A stretch of DNA of 64,000 nt from an uncultured Chloroflexia bacterium (GCA_963810095.1 CAWEMM010000006.1:32001-96000); one strand, 5' to 3'. Numbered from the stretch's first letter, positions 1 through 11,683 are shown. Notes: a model not told the origin generated them from the letters alone. Made by a program: numbers and translations.

Positions 1-557
1 AACAGGTGAAGCTGCGCCATATCCTCGTTGCCGTCCGCACGCCCGAGCCAACGCCCGCCCCGACGGCAACGCCGGGTCCTGATGCGACCGCCGTCCCCAC
101 CGCCGCGCCAGGGTCGACCGCAACGCCGACACCTGCGCCAACGCTCGCGCCTCGGACCGAGGCAGAAGCCTTGGCCATCGCAACCGACATCAAGAAGAAG
201 CTCGACGCGGGCGGAGACTTCAAGGCCCTCGCGATTGAGTTTTCGGACGACGCGGGCAGCAAGGCTCAGGGCGGCGAGCTCGGTTGGTTCTCTCGGGGCG
301 AAGGGCTGGTCCAGGAATTCGAGGACGCGGCCTTCAGCCTGCCGGTGGGCCAGGTCAGCGAGCCCGTCAAGACGCAGTTCGGCTATCACCTCATCGAGGT
401 GTTGGAGAAAGACCCGAGCCGCGAGCTGAACGCTTACACGGTCTCGCAAGCGAAGTCGGCCGCCTTCCAGAAGTGGCTGACCGACCTCCGGAACGCCGCG
501 CAGATTCAGCGCAACTGGACGGCGGACAAACTCCCGCCTACGCCCAGCGCCGGATGA
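1..557 (+). CDS. Parvulin-type peptidyl-prolyl isomerase (PrsA/SurA-like), 5' end outside window
   Basis: RHIL...F..LA.EFSDD.GS...GGELGWF...EFEDAAFSL..G.VS.PVKTQFGYHLI rotamase motifs; Pro/Thr/Ala-rich insert after RHIL. Confidence 0.9.
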   Translation, partial: QVKLRHILVAVRTPEPTPAPTATPGPDATAVPTAAPGSTATPTPAPTLAPRTEAEALAIATDIKKKLDAGGDFKALAIEFSDDAGSKAQGGELGWFSRGEGLVQEFEDAAFSLPVGQVSEPVKTQFGYHLIEVLEKDPSRELNAYTVSQAKSAAFQKWLTDLRNAAQIQRNWTADKLPPTPSAG

Positions 558-562
558 GCAAT

Positions 563-668
563 AGAACGCTGATTGAACTGATCTGACTGATTTACTTGAT
601 CTTTCTTCGACAACCATGTTCGAAGAAGATCATGCGTATCAGTTCGATCAGTTGAATCAGCGTTCTGT
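563..668. repeat. Long imperfect intergenic palindrome between convergent genes (REP-like / bidirectional terminator)
   Basis: agaacgctgattgaactgatc...gatcagttgaatcagcgttct arms with internal cttcttcga/tcgaagaag stem. Confidence 0.7.
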
Positions 669-2840
669 TTAACCCTTCTCCCGCCGGACCTCGCGGACGT
701 TCTGGACCTGGTTGATCTTGTAGAGCACCCGGTCGAGCTGCTCCACGTCGCGCACCTCGAGCGTGGCGGTGATCATGGCCAGGTTATCGCGGCGAGCGGT
801 CACCGCCGAGGCGCCCTCCATGTTAATATTTTCCAGGTCCAGCACCTCGACGATATCCTTGAGCAGCCCCGCCCGGTCGTAAGCCATCACCCGAATCTTC
901 ACCCTGGACAACTGGGGCGGCGTGGCCCCCCAATCGACCCGGATCATCCGCTCCCGGTCCAGCCGCAATACGTTCGGGCAGTCTTTCCGGTGAACAGAGA
1001 CCCCACGGCCGCGCGTCACAAAGCCGACGATCTCGTCGGGGGGCATCGGGTTGCAGCAGCGCGACATGACCGTGAGCAGGTTGCCCGTGCCCTGGACGGC
1101 GATCCCGTCCACCTTCGCCTCGGCAGCCCGCTGCTTCTGATCGGCCTGGGGCAGCCCTTCCTCGTGCGCTTCCTTGAGCACCTCTTCGGGCTTGTTGAGC
1201 TGCAAGACCCGCTTTGCGACGTCGGCCGAGGTGACGTCGCCGGTCCCGAGGTCGGCCAGAAAATCCTCCTGGCTGCCGTAGCCAAACAGGTTCGCCACCT
1301 CGAGATAGGTCATGTTCTCGACGCCGAGCCGGTGCAGTTCGCGCTCGAGCAGCTCGCGGCCCGCGGTGATGTTCTCCTCGCGGTTCTGCTGCTTGAACCA
1401 CTGGCGGATCTTCGTGCGCGCCCGGCTCGTCTTCACAAAGTTCAGATGGGGGTTGAGCCAATCCCGACTGGGACCACCGCGCTTCGCCACCAGGATTTCC
1501 ACCTGGTCGCCGCTCTGCAGGGGTGTGTCCAGGCCGACCAACTTGCCGCGCACCTTGGCCCCGCGGCACCGGTGGCCAATGTCGGTGTGCACGCGGTATG
1601 CGAAGTCGATGGGTGTCGCGCCGGCTGGCAGGTCGATGACCTCGCCCCGCGGCGTGAAGACGTAAACCCGGTCCTTGAAAAGCTCCTCTTTCGCGGTCGC
1701 GATGAACTCGCTGCCGCCCGCCTGTTCCTGCGACTGCCAATCGAGCACTGAGCGGAGCCACTGGATCTTGCGCTCGTACGCCTCGTCGTGCCGGGTCTGC
1801 GACTTATAGCGCCAGTGGGCGGCAATACCGACGTCGGCGATGCGATCCATGTCGGGCGTACGGATTTGCACCTCGAGGGGGCGACCGTTCGGCCCGACGA
1901 CGGCGGTATGCAGCGACTGGTATTGGTTCTCTTTGGGGTTGGCGATATAGTCGTCGAATTCGCCCGGGATGGGCCGCCAGAGGGAGTGCACCACGCCGAG
2001 TGCCGCATAGCAGTCAGGGAGTTCGGGCACGATCAAGCGGAGGCCGTGTTGGTCGTAGATCTCGCCGAACGTGACGCCCTTACGCTTCATCTTGCGCCAG
2101 ATGCTGTAAATGTGCTTAGGCCGGCCCGAGATTTGCGCCTGGACGCCGTGTTTGCCCAGCTCGGTGCGCAGCGTCTGGATGACGCTGGCAACATAGGCCT
2201 CGCGTTCCTCTCGGCGCTCGCTGAGCTCGGCCTTCATCTTGCCGTAAGTCTCCGGCTCCAGATAGCGGAAAGCGAGGTCTTCGAGCTCCCACTTGATCGC
2301 GTAGATGCCCAAAACGCTGGCGAGCGGCGCGTAGACGTCCAACGTCTCGCGCGAAATGCGCTGCTGCTTCGCCGGCGGCATGGCGCCGAGGGTGCGCATG
2401 TTGTGCAGGCGGTCGGCGAGCTTAATGAGGACGACGCGCACGTCGTTGACCATGGCCAGGAGCATCTTGCGGAAGCTCTCGACCTTCGGGTCTCGGCTGT
2501 CGGCCGGATAGCTGGCCATGTCGGAGATGCTTTCCAGCTTGGTGACGCCGTCGACCATGCTGGCGACCTCGGGGCCGAACTCCTCGACCAGGGCGGGGAC
2601 CTTGTGTGCCGTGTCTTCGGCAACGTCGTGCAGCAATGCTGCGGCGACCGTGCGCGCGTCGAGGCGCAAGTCAGCCAGGATGCTGGCGACGGCTTCGGGG
2701 TGGATGATGTAGGGCTCGCCCGACTTCCGCCGCTGCCCCGCGTGCGCTTCGTCGGCAAACTCGTAAGCACGGTGGACCAGCACCTGGTCTTGCGGCGAAT
2801 AACTCTTCGGCAGATGCTCGCGTAAAGTTTCCCAACTCAT
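669..2840 (-). CDS. rel: (p)ppGpp synthetase/hydrolase, long RSH (HD-SYNTH-TGS-ZFD-ACT)
   Basis: LLHDVAEDT, KLADRLHNMRTL, YQSLHT, EVQIRT, AAHWRYK, TGS (TPIDFAY), CCNP...HRKDC, C-terminal ACT. Confidence 0.97.
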   Translation of the reverse strand: MSWETLREHLPKSYSPQDQVLVHRAYEFADEAHAGQRRKSGEPYIIHPEAVASILADLRLDARTVAAALLHDVAEDTAHKVPALVEEFGPEVASMVDGVTKLESISDMASYPADSRDPKVESFRKMLLAMVNDVRVVLIKLADRLHNMRTLGAMPPAKQQRISRETLDVYAPLASVLGIYAIKWELEDLAFRYLEPETYGKMKAELSERREEREAYVASVIQTLRTELGKHGVQAQISGRPKHIYSIWRKMKRKGVTFGEIYDQHGLRLIVPELPDCYAALGVVHSLWRPIPGEFDDYIANPKENQYQSLHTAVVGPNGRPLEVQIRTPDMDRIADVGIAAHWRYKSQTRHDEAYERKIQWLRSVLDWQSQEQAGGSEFIATAKEELFKDRVYVFTPRGEVIDLPAGATPIDFAYRVHTDIGHRCRGAKVRGKLVGLDTPLQSGDQVEILVAKRGGPSRDWLNPHLNFVKTSRARTKIRQWFKQQNREENITAGRELLERELHRLGVENMTYLEVANLFGYGSQEDFLADLGTGDVTSADVAKRVLQLNKPEEVLKEAHEEGLPQADQKQRAAEAKVDGIAVQGTGNLLTVMSRCCNPMPPDEIVGFVTRGRGVSVHRKDCPNVLRLDRERMIRVDWGATPPQLSRVKIRVMAYDRAGLLKDIVEVLDLENINMEGASAVTARRDNLAMITATLEVRDVEQLDRVLYKINQVQNVREVRREKG

Positions 2841-2894
2841 ACTTCACCCCTGACCTCTTCGCCAGCCGAGCCGGAGAAGGGGAATTACCGCCTT

Positions 2895-2923
2895 TTGGCC
2901 TTCGCCCGCCGCAGTGCTATACT
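2895..2923 (+). promoter_or_regulatory. sigma70-type promoter of the tRNA
   Basis: TTGGCC-17 nt-TATACT with extended -10 TG, 10 nt upstream of the tRNA. Confidence 0.7.
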
Positions 2924-2933
2924 TCTCACCCGA

Positions 2934-3006
2934 GCCCCCATAGCTCAGTGGATAGAGCGACTGACTTCGGATCAGTAGGCCGCGAGTTCGAATCTTGCTG
3001 GGGGTA
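2934..3006 (+). tRNA. tRNA-Arg, anticodon TCG (CCA not encoded)
   Basis: Cloverleaf: acceptor GCCCCCA/TGGGGGT, D arm GCTC-AGTGGATA-GAGC, anticodon stem ACTGA-CTTCGGA-TCAGT, T loop GTTCGAATC. Confidence 0.93.
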
Positions 3007-3040
3007 CTACTGTTTGCCTGGGCAATCGCTGCGTTAATTC

Positions 3041-3092
3041 AAACCTCCCATCCGGGGCCAACTCACTGGCTCCGAGTGGGAGGTTTTTATTT
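3041..3092 (+). terminator. Intrinsic terminator after tRNA
   Basis: aaacctccca...tgggaggttt stem followed by tttattt. Confidence 0.65.
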
Positions 3093-3522
3093 GCTGCGCT
3101 GCTATACCCCCGAATCGCGGTCATCATAGCATACCCGACCGTCGGTCTGCAACCCGCGGAAAGCGCCGCGGGGAGGATTCCGGGGCTCCGCGCCCTTGAA
3201 TACGCCCATGCTTGGGACATGCCAGCGGGTTCACGGGCATCCCTGTCAATTTCTAAGGACAACAACAGGATTTGAAAACCGCTCTACCGTCCCACAGGCC
3301 CTCTTTTATATGAACAAATGCGTAGCCACCTAGGTAGAAACTTTCCTTCTCGCTAGGTATTGCTACCTTAAGAGAAACGCGTGCTTGCCACCGTCATCCA
3401 GCGATTTTGCATGCTAGTGTGATTAGTGATACCCTCCACTAACAAGCACCCGATATCGACTACAGTCATGTCTTCCGCACGCACCGGTGTCATAATATCA
3501 AGCCACTCGTTTAGGAGGAGCC

Positions 3523-6500
3523 ATGAAACCTTGCTCAATAGCAGGCAACCGCAGCATCCGTATCCTGCTTGCCCTGCTCCTCGTCACTGTCTCGTTCGCG
3601 CTGCCTGCTTTCAGCAGCTTGGCGGCCAGCACGCTGCTGTCGGCCAGCTTCGACAGCACTACCGACGGCTTCATCTACCAGGATGACGCCTTTGGAACCG
3701 CGCAGCCGGCATATGCCAGCGGCACGCGTGTGACCACGGGCGGCTACAGTGGGGGCGGCCTCCAGGTCGCACTCGGCGGCGTGGATGCCACTGCGGTCGC
3801 TAACATGTCGGGCGGGTGGTCGTACACGCTAAATGTCACGACCGCGCAGACCGGCGTGTCACTCTCGCTCCGCTACAAGCTCGAACAAACGGCTACGTAT
3901 GAGTTCGACGAGTTCAGCCGGGTCCGGGTCAAGGTCGACGGCGTAGAGATCGGCCGCGGCGTGAAGACCTATATCGATCACATCGGCGGCGACGGCTCGA
4001 GCACCCAGGGCAACAGCAACACCTTCCTGCCTACCACCGATTGGCAGCAGGTCGAGCTGTTCCTCGGCAACTGGGGGACCGGAAACCACACCGTCGTCCT
4101 GGGCGCCTCCAACAACAAGAAAGACGCTTCCGACGAATCGACCACGCTTGTGCTTGATGACGTCGTAATCACAGCCGGTAATGCCGCGCCAGCCGGTTCC
4201 GATGCGCTGCTAGTGGTGAATCGTTCGAGCCTGAGCCAGTTCCTGGCGTATGACCAGGCGCTGGCCGGCTTCCACGACCGCTGCTCGGCCAGCGGGGTGA
4301 GCTGCTCCACGGCGGGCAGCACGACCAACTATCTGAACGCGGTGACTTATGTAGAGCAGCAGTTGCAGGGCATGGGCTACACGACCCTGCGCCACAACTT
4401 CAACTACAGCGGGAACACCGGCACGAATATCTGCGGCACGAAGCTCGGCACGGTTACGCCAACGCAGATGTACATCGTCTCGGCGCACCTGGACGCGCGC
4501 AGTGGGGGCGACGGCTTTGACGACGACGCCTCGGGCGTGGCCCTGGGCCTCGAAGTCGCGCGGGCCCTGTCAGGCTCCGACGTCACGACAGACAAATCAG
4601 TGCGCGTCTGCTTCTGGGACAAGGAAGAGGTCGGCCTCTACGGCGCGTATGGCTACGTCCAAGACCGCCGCGCGCTCCAGGGCACGACCAGCGAGCCGAC
4701 GTGGCTCGGCGTCATTCAGCACGACATGATCCTGTACGACCACGGCGTGGGCACGCGCACGACAGCGCAGAGCGCGTACGCGGACCTGGACGTCGAGTGG
4801 CGGGCCGGCACGACCAAAGAGGCGGACTCGAAGGCCCTGGCGCTCAAGTGGCGCTACGTGAACGGCACGTACGCACCGGATTACCCCGCCACCGCCTACA
4901 ACTACTCGACCAATACCGACGACACAGCCTTCCACCCGTACGTCGCCTCAATCAGCGTGCGCGAGAACCGCCGCAGCCTGACCTCAGGCACCAACGCCGA
5001 GTGGATTAACCCGTACTATCACACGACGAGCGACATCGAGAGCTCTTACACGCGCGACGACGACGGCGACGGCAAGCGGGATGACATGGAGCTGGGCTAT
5101 AACGCGGTGCGCACCACGCTGGGCCTGGTGGCAGAGCTGGCCGGCGCGCATATCTCGACGCCAAACAACGCCCCCGTCGCGACTCCGCAGTCGGTGACCA
5201 CCAATGAGGACACGGCCAAGGCCATCACCCTCGCTGGCTCGGATGCGAACAATGACCCCCTCACCTACCGCGTCACGACAAGCCCAAGCCACGGCAGCCT
5301 CTCGGGCGCCGCGCCCAACCTCACCTACACGCCCGCGGCCAATTATAACGGCGCGGACAGCTTCCAGTTTGTCGTCAACGACGGCAAGGTCGACTCGGCC
5401 GCCGCAACGGTCAGCATCACGGTGAGCCCGGTCAATGACGCGCCGGTCGCCAACGTCCAGGCCGTCACGACGAACGAAGACACGGCCAAGGCGATCACGC
5501 TGGCCGGCTCTGACGCAGACGGCGATGTGCTCACTTACCGGGTAACGACCGACCCGAGCCACGGTGCGCTGTCGGGCACGGTGCCGAACCTCACCTACAC
5601 GCCCGCGGCCAACTACAACGGCGCGGATAGCTTCCAGTTTGTCGTCAACGACGGCAAGGTCGACTCGGCCGCCGCAACGGTGAGCATCACGGTGAGCCCG
5701 GTCAATGACGCGCCGGTGGCCAACGCCCAAGCCGTCACGACGAACGAAGACACGAGCAAGGCCATCACGCTGGCCGGCTCAGATGCAGACGGCGACGTGC
5801 TCAGTTACCGGGTAACGGCAAACCCGAGCCACGGTGCGCTGTCGGGCGCCGCGCCGAACCTCACCTACACGCCCGCGGCCAACTACAACGGCGCGGACAG
5901 CTTCCAGTTTGTCGTCAACGACGGCAAGGTCGACTCGGCTGCCGCAACGGTCAGCATCACGGTGAGCCCGGTCAATGACGCGCCGGTCGCCAGCGCCCAG
6001 GCCGTCACGACAAACGAAGACACGGCCAAGGCAATCACGCTGGCCGGCTCGGACGCAGACGGCGACGCGCTGACCTTCCAGGTCACGAGCGGCCCGAGCC
6101 ACGGCAGCCTCTCGGGCGCCGCGCCGAACCTCACCTACACGCCCGCGGCCAATTACAACGGCGCGGACAGCTTCCAGTTTGTCGTCAACGACGGCAAGGT
6201 CGACTCGGCCGCCGCAGACGGTCAGCATCACGGTCGATCCGGTTAACGACACACCGACCGCGGATGCGCAGACTGTGAGCACCGGCGAGGACACGCCCGT
6301 GGCGGTCAACCTCACCGGCTCGGACGCAGACGGCGACGCGCTGACCTTCCAAGTCACGAGCGGCCCGAGCCACGGCAGCCTCTCTGGCGCCGCGCCCAAC
6401 CTGACCTATGCACCCGCGCCGGACTACAACGGGCCGGACAGCTTCCAGTTCACCGTCACCGACGGCCTGCTCACTTCGCCGGCCGCGATCGTCTCGATCG

Positions 6501-8362
6501 ACGTTGCGGCCGTCAACGACGCGCCGGCCGCCAACCCGCAGTCGATCGTAACCGTCCAGGACACGCCAGTGGGCATCACGCTCAGCGGCTCGGATGTAGA
6601 TGGCACCCCTCTCACCTTCCGGGTGACCGGCGGGCCCAGCTTCGGTTCGCTCTCTGGCGCCGCCCCCAATCTCGTCTACACGCCGAATGCAGGCTACAAC
6701 GGGCCTGACAGCTTCACTTTCGTCGCCAACGACGGTCAGGTCGATTCGGCCGCCGCGACGGTCAGTATCACGGTGAAGCTCGCGGGCGCGGTCAATGAAC
6801 CGCCGACTGCAAACGCCCAGGCCGTGACGACGGACGAGGACGTGTCTGCGGCTATCACGCTGACCGGCGCCGACCCTAACTCGGACACGCTGTCCTACCG
6901 GGTTACGAGCGGCCCGAGCCACGGCAGCCTCTCGGGCGCCGCACCCAACCTGACGTACACACCCGAGGCCAACTACAACGGCCCGGACGTCTTCGAGTTT
7001 GTGGCGAACGACGGCCAGGTCGATTCCGTGCCGGCCGCTGTAGCCATTACGGTTACCCCCGTCAACGATGCGCCGGCGGCCGGCGCACAGTCGCTGACGA
7101 CGAGCGAGGACACCTCGGTGCCGCTGACCCTGAGCGGCTCGGATGTCGACGGCGACGTGCTGACCTACCGGGTGACGAGCGGGCCCAACCACGGCGCGCT
7201 TTCGGGCACCGCGCCCAACCTGAGCTACATCCCGGCGGCCAACTACAACGGCCCCGACGCCTTCCAGTTCGTCGTGAACGATGGGCAAGTCGATTCGGCC
7301 GCAGCCACAGTGGACGTCGCAGTCGACGCGGTCAACGACCCGCCAGTGGCAAACGCGCAACCGGTCACGACGCTGGCCGGCACGCCGGTAGCCGTCACGC
7401 TGACGGGTTCGGATATCGACGGTGACCCGCTGTCCTACGTGGTCACCATTAGCCCGGGCCATGGCGTCCTTTCGGGCGCGGCCCCCAACCTGACCTACAC
7501 GCCGACGGCGGGCTACATCGGACCGGACAGCTTTGCATTTGTGGTCAACGACGGCACGGTTGACTCGGCAGCGGCGACGGTCAGCCTCACGGTCAACCCG
7601 AACGGGCCCAACCTCTATGTTAGCTCGACCGGCTCGGGCACGGCGGGCAACGTGTCCTTCGCGGATGAGGACATCCTCATTCGCAACCAGGCCACCGGCG
7701 GCTACTCGCTGTACTTCGACGGCTCGGACGTGGGCCTATCGAGCACGGACGTCGACGCGTACGAGATGCTGACGGACGGATCGCTGCTGTTCAGCTTCGA
7801 CAGCGACTTCACGCTCAGCGGCTTCGGTACGGTCGACGATTCCGATGTCCTCAAGTTCACGCCCACGTCGACCGGCGACAACACGGCCGGCACGTGGAGC
7901 TGGTATTTCGACGGCTCGGACGTGGGCTTGACGACCACGGGCGAAGACGTGGACGCGCTAGCCTTGCTGCCAGATGGGCGGCTCATCATCAGCACGCTTG
8001 ATGCGGTCTCGGTCACCGGCGTTTCGGGCGCGGACGAGGACCTCCTCGCCTTCACACCAAGCGCGCTCGGCTCGACGACCAGCGGCACGTGGGCCATGTA
8101 CTTCGACGGCTCGGACGTAGGCTTGTCGACGAGCGCGAATGAAGACATCAACGCGGTCGACATCGACCCGACAGGCAAGATCTACATCAGCACGGTTGGC
8201 TCCTTCAGCGTCACGGGCGCCAGCGGCGACGGCTCTGACGTCATCGTATGCACGCCGAGTTCGCTCGGCAGCACGACTGCGTGTACCTGGGCGGTGTACT
8301 GGGACGGCTCGGCAAACGGATTCTCGGGCCAGGACACGGACGCGCTCTTTATCGTCCCGTAA
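3523..8362 (+). CDS. Secreted M28 metallopeptidase with 9 cadherin/Big_9-like repeats and C-terminal YFDGSDVGL-repeat domain (one frameshift near 6217)
   Basis: AGGAGG RBS, signal peptide, SAHLD..GDGFDDDASG, DKEEVGL, QHDMI, PYYHTTSD; repeat copy at 6211 reads gccgcagacggtc versus gccgcaacggtc in sister repeats (extra g joins ORFs 3523-6246 and 6179-8362). Confidence 0.85.
5164..7600 (+). repeat. Nine ~270-bp tandem coding repeats (VNDAPVA...GSD.DGD.L.Y...P.HG.LSG..PNLTYTP..NYNG.DSF.F...DG)
   Basis: Units start near 5164, 5431, 5701, 5971, 6242, 6512, 6791, 7061, 7331; first four nearly identical at DNA level. Confidence 0.9.
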
Positions 8363-8622
8363 CCGCGCACGTCTCCCGCACTTCGCGCCCGGCCGTACTC
8401 GCAGTCCTGCGGGTGCGGCTGGGTGCGCGTATAACGCGGCTAGGAAAACGCCGCTACTTTGCCGACGAACCGTCGTCATGACGACTGTAATGTACGTCAA
8501 GCACACTGCTGCGTGCATGGGCGTGCCAAGGCACGCGTCGGCTTCCTTCATTGTTGTCCGCCCTGCTCCGGTTCAGCCTCCGGTCAGCAGGGCAAGCATT
8601 GCTGACGGCTGAGGAGCTAGCC

Positions 8623-11600
8623 ATGCAGTCTCTTCGATCTCCAGCCAGAAGCCGCCGAATGAGCCGGTGGCTAACCGTTGCCTTGATCTTCGCGTTCGCG
8701 CTGCCCGGCGCCGCGACCGCCGCGCCTGCGGCCGCGCCGGCCGCCACGCTGCTGTCAGTGAATTTCGATACTACGACGGACGGATTCACTTATGCGGACG
8801 ACGTGTTTGCCACCAGCCAGCCGGCCTATGCCAGCGGCGCGCGCACGACGACCGGCGGGTATTCCGGGACGGGAGGCCTCCAGGTGACGCTGGGCGGCGT
8901 GGACGCCAACACCATTAGCGGCATGTCCGGCGGGTGGTCCTACACGCTCAACGCGACGACCGCCCAGACCGGCGTGTTCCTGTCCTTCCGTTATAAGCTC
9001 GATCAGACGGCCACGTACAGTTACGACGAGTACAGCCGGGTGCGCATCAAGGTTGACGGGGTCGAGCTGGGCCGGGGCTCGAAGACTTATGTCGACCATA
9101 TCGGCGGCGACGGCACCAGCGGCACCGGTACCGAACAGGGCTACGCCAACACTTACCTCCCTACTACCGACTGGCAGCAGGCGAGCCTGTACGTGGGCGA
9201 TTGGGCCCCGGGCAACCACACGCTCGTGCTGGGCGGCTTCAACAACAAGAAGAACCTCTCCACCCAGACGACTACCGTAACCATCGACGACGTGTCGGTC
9301 ACGAGCGGCAATCCGGCACCTGTCCAGACCGCGGCGCAGACTCTGGCCGGGCGCGCGAGCTACAGCCAGTTCCTGGCCTTCAACCAGGGCATCGCTCAAT
9401 TCGACGACCGCTGCCGCGGAGCGAGTATGGGCTGCACGTCCTACGACGCCTCAGCCAATCCCGCCTCCACCTCCAACTATATGCGCGCCCTGGCGTGGGT
9501 GGAGGGTCAGCTTCAGGCGATGGGCTACACGACCGTGCGCCATAGCTTCACCTCCAATACAGGCGGCGTCAATCTGTATGCCACTAAGCCGGGCACGGTG
9601 AGTCCGACTGAGATGTACATGGTTTCGGGGCACCTCGACGCGCGCTCGGGCGGGGATGGCTTCGACGATGATGGCTCGGCCGTCGCCCTGCTGCTGGAGG
9701 TCGCACGCGTGCTCTTCGGCCGCCGATGTGACCACCGACAAGTCGGTACGCTTCATTTTCTGGGATAAAGAAGAAGTGGGCCTGTACGGCGCAACCGCCT
9801 ACGCCTCCAACAACACTGCGGCGGGCGGCCGGCGCGACCTGCAAGGGACGGTCGACGAGCCCACCTGGTTGGGGCTCATCCAGCACGACATGATCCTCTA
9901 CGACCACGGCGCGGGCACCCGCACCACCGCGCAGAGCGCGTACGCGGACCTGGACGTGGAGTGGTACTCCGGCGCGACCAAGGCGGCGGACTCGAAAGCC
10001 CTGGCGCTCAAGTGGGCGTTCGCGAATGGCACATACGCACCCGATTACCCCGCCACGGCCTATAATTACTCGACCAACACCGATGACACGCCGTTTCGTG
10101 ACTACGTGGCCTCGGTTAGCGTGCGCGAGAACCGGCGGAGCCTGACGTCGAACTCAAACGCGGAATGGATCAACCCGTATTACCACACAACAAGTGACGT
10201 GGAGAACTCCTATATTCGCGACGATGATGCCGACGGGATGCGCGACGACATCGAGTTGGGTGTCAACGCGGTGAAAACCACGCTGGGACTGGTGGCCGAG
10301 CTGGCAGGCGCACACATGGCCGTGCCTAACACGGTGCCGGTGGCCAACGCGCAGGCGCTCACGACGTTCCAGGACACGCCGGTCAGCATCACCCTGACGG
10401 CCTCAGACGCGGACGGGGACCCCCTCACCTACCGGGTAGCCGCCGGCCCCGGCCACGGCGCCTTGACCGGCACGCCCCCCGGCCTCACCTACACGCCTGC
10501 CGCAAGCTATGCCGGGTCCGATAGCTTCCAGTTCGTCGCCAACGACGGCAGGGCCGACTCCGCCCCCGCGACCGTCGGCATCACCGTCGCGCCGCCCGTC
10601 TTCGGCCTGCCCTTCACCGACGACTTCGAGACGGCGAAGGGCTGGCGTGCGAATCCCTCGGGCACAGACGCCGCAAGCACCGGGCAATGGGAGCGCGGCC
10701 AGGCGCAGCCGACCGACGGCGAGGGTCCCAAGCAGCTTGTCCCGGCCAGCGGCCAGTATGACCTGGTGACGGCCGCGGCTGCTGGGACGGTGGTTGGCTC
10801 GAACGACGTGGACGACGGCCTCACCTCGGTGCGCTCGCCCGACCTCACGCTCCCCGAGGGCCAGCCTATCCGACTCGCGTTCAAGTACACTTTCAGCCAC
10901 GGCACGAATTCATCGACCGAGGACTATTTTCGGGTAAAGGCGGTCGGTGCGACGACGCAGACCCTACTCGAGCTGCGCGGCAGTTCGGACGACATCGACG
11001 CAGCCTGGACAACCTACAGCGCGGACCTGAGCAGCTTCGCCGGGCAGACGGTTTACCTGCTCCTCGAGGCAGCGGATGGCGGCGGTCCGAGCATCCTGGA
11101 GGCCGCGGTCGACGACGTGTCGGTGACCGCGGGCGCGGGCAGCGAGAACACGCTGCTCTCCGCGTCGTTCGACGCGGGGCAGACGGCTTCACGTACGCGG
11201 ATGACACATTCCGCGGCGTGGCGCAGGGCGGCTACGCCGATGGGGCGTACCTGGCTTCGGGCGGCGCGAGCGGCGGCGGCCTGCAGGTCAGGCTGGGCGG
11301 GCTCGACGACGAGATCGTGACTGACATGTCAGGCGGCTGGAGCCGGGGCTTCACTCTGCCGGCCCCGGGCGCGGCGCAGGTTTCCTTTAAGTACCGGCTG
11401 ACGCAATCGTCCGAGTACGAGCCGGAGGAACTCAGCCAGGCGCTCATGAGCGTCGACGGCGGCCTGGTCGGGCAGGGGGGGCAGGACTACGTCGCGCTCG
11501 GTGCGCGGCAACGGCAACGGCGGCGGCGACGAGACGACCGGCTGGATTTACGCGTCGGTGCGCGTCGAGGGGCTGAACGCGGGGACGCACACGCTCACGC

Positions 11601-11683
11601 TGGGTGGCTACAACAACCGGAAGAGCTGGACCAACGAGACGACCGAAGTGCTGCTCGACGACGTGCGGGTGAGCATTCCGTAA
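8623..11683 (+). CDS. Second secreted M28 peptidase paralogue (one Big_9-like repeat, MAM-like domain, duplicated N-terminal domain); frameshifts near 9716, 11180, 11500
   Basis: GAGGAG RBS before ATG 8623, signal peptide, SGHLDARSGGDGFDDDGS, DKEEVGL, QHDMI, PYYHTTSD; ORF pieces 8551-9768, 9656-11320, 11218-11745 and 11501-11683 are collinear with domains of paralogue 1. Confidence 0.82.
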
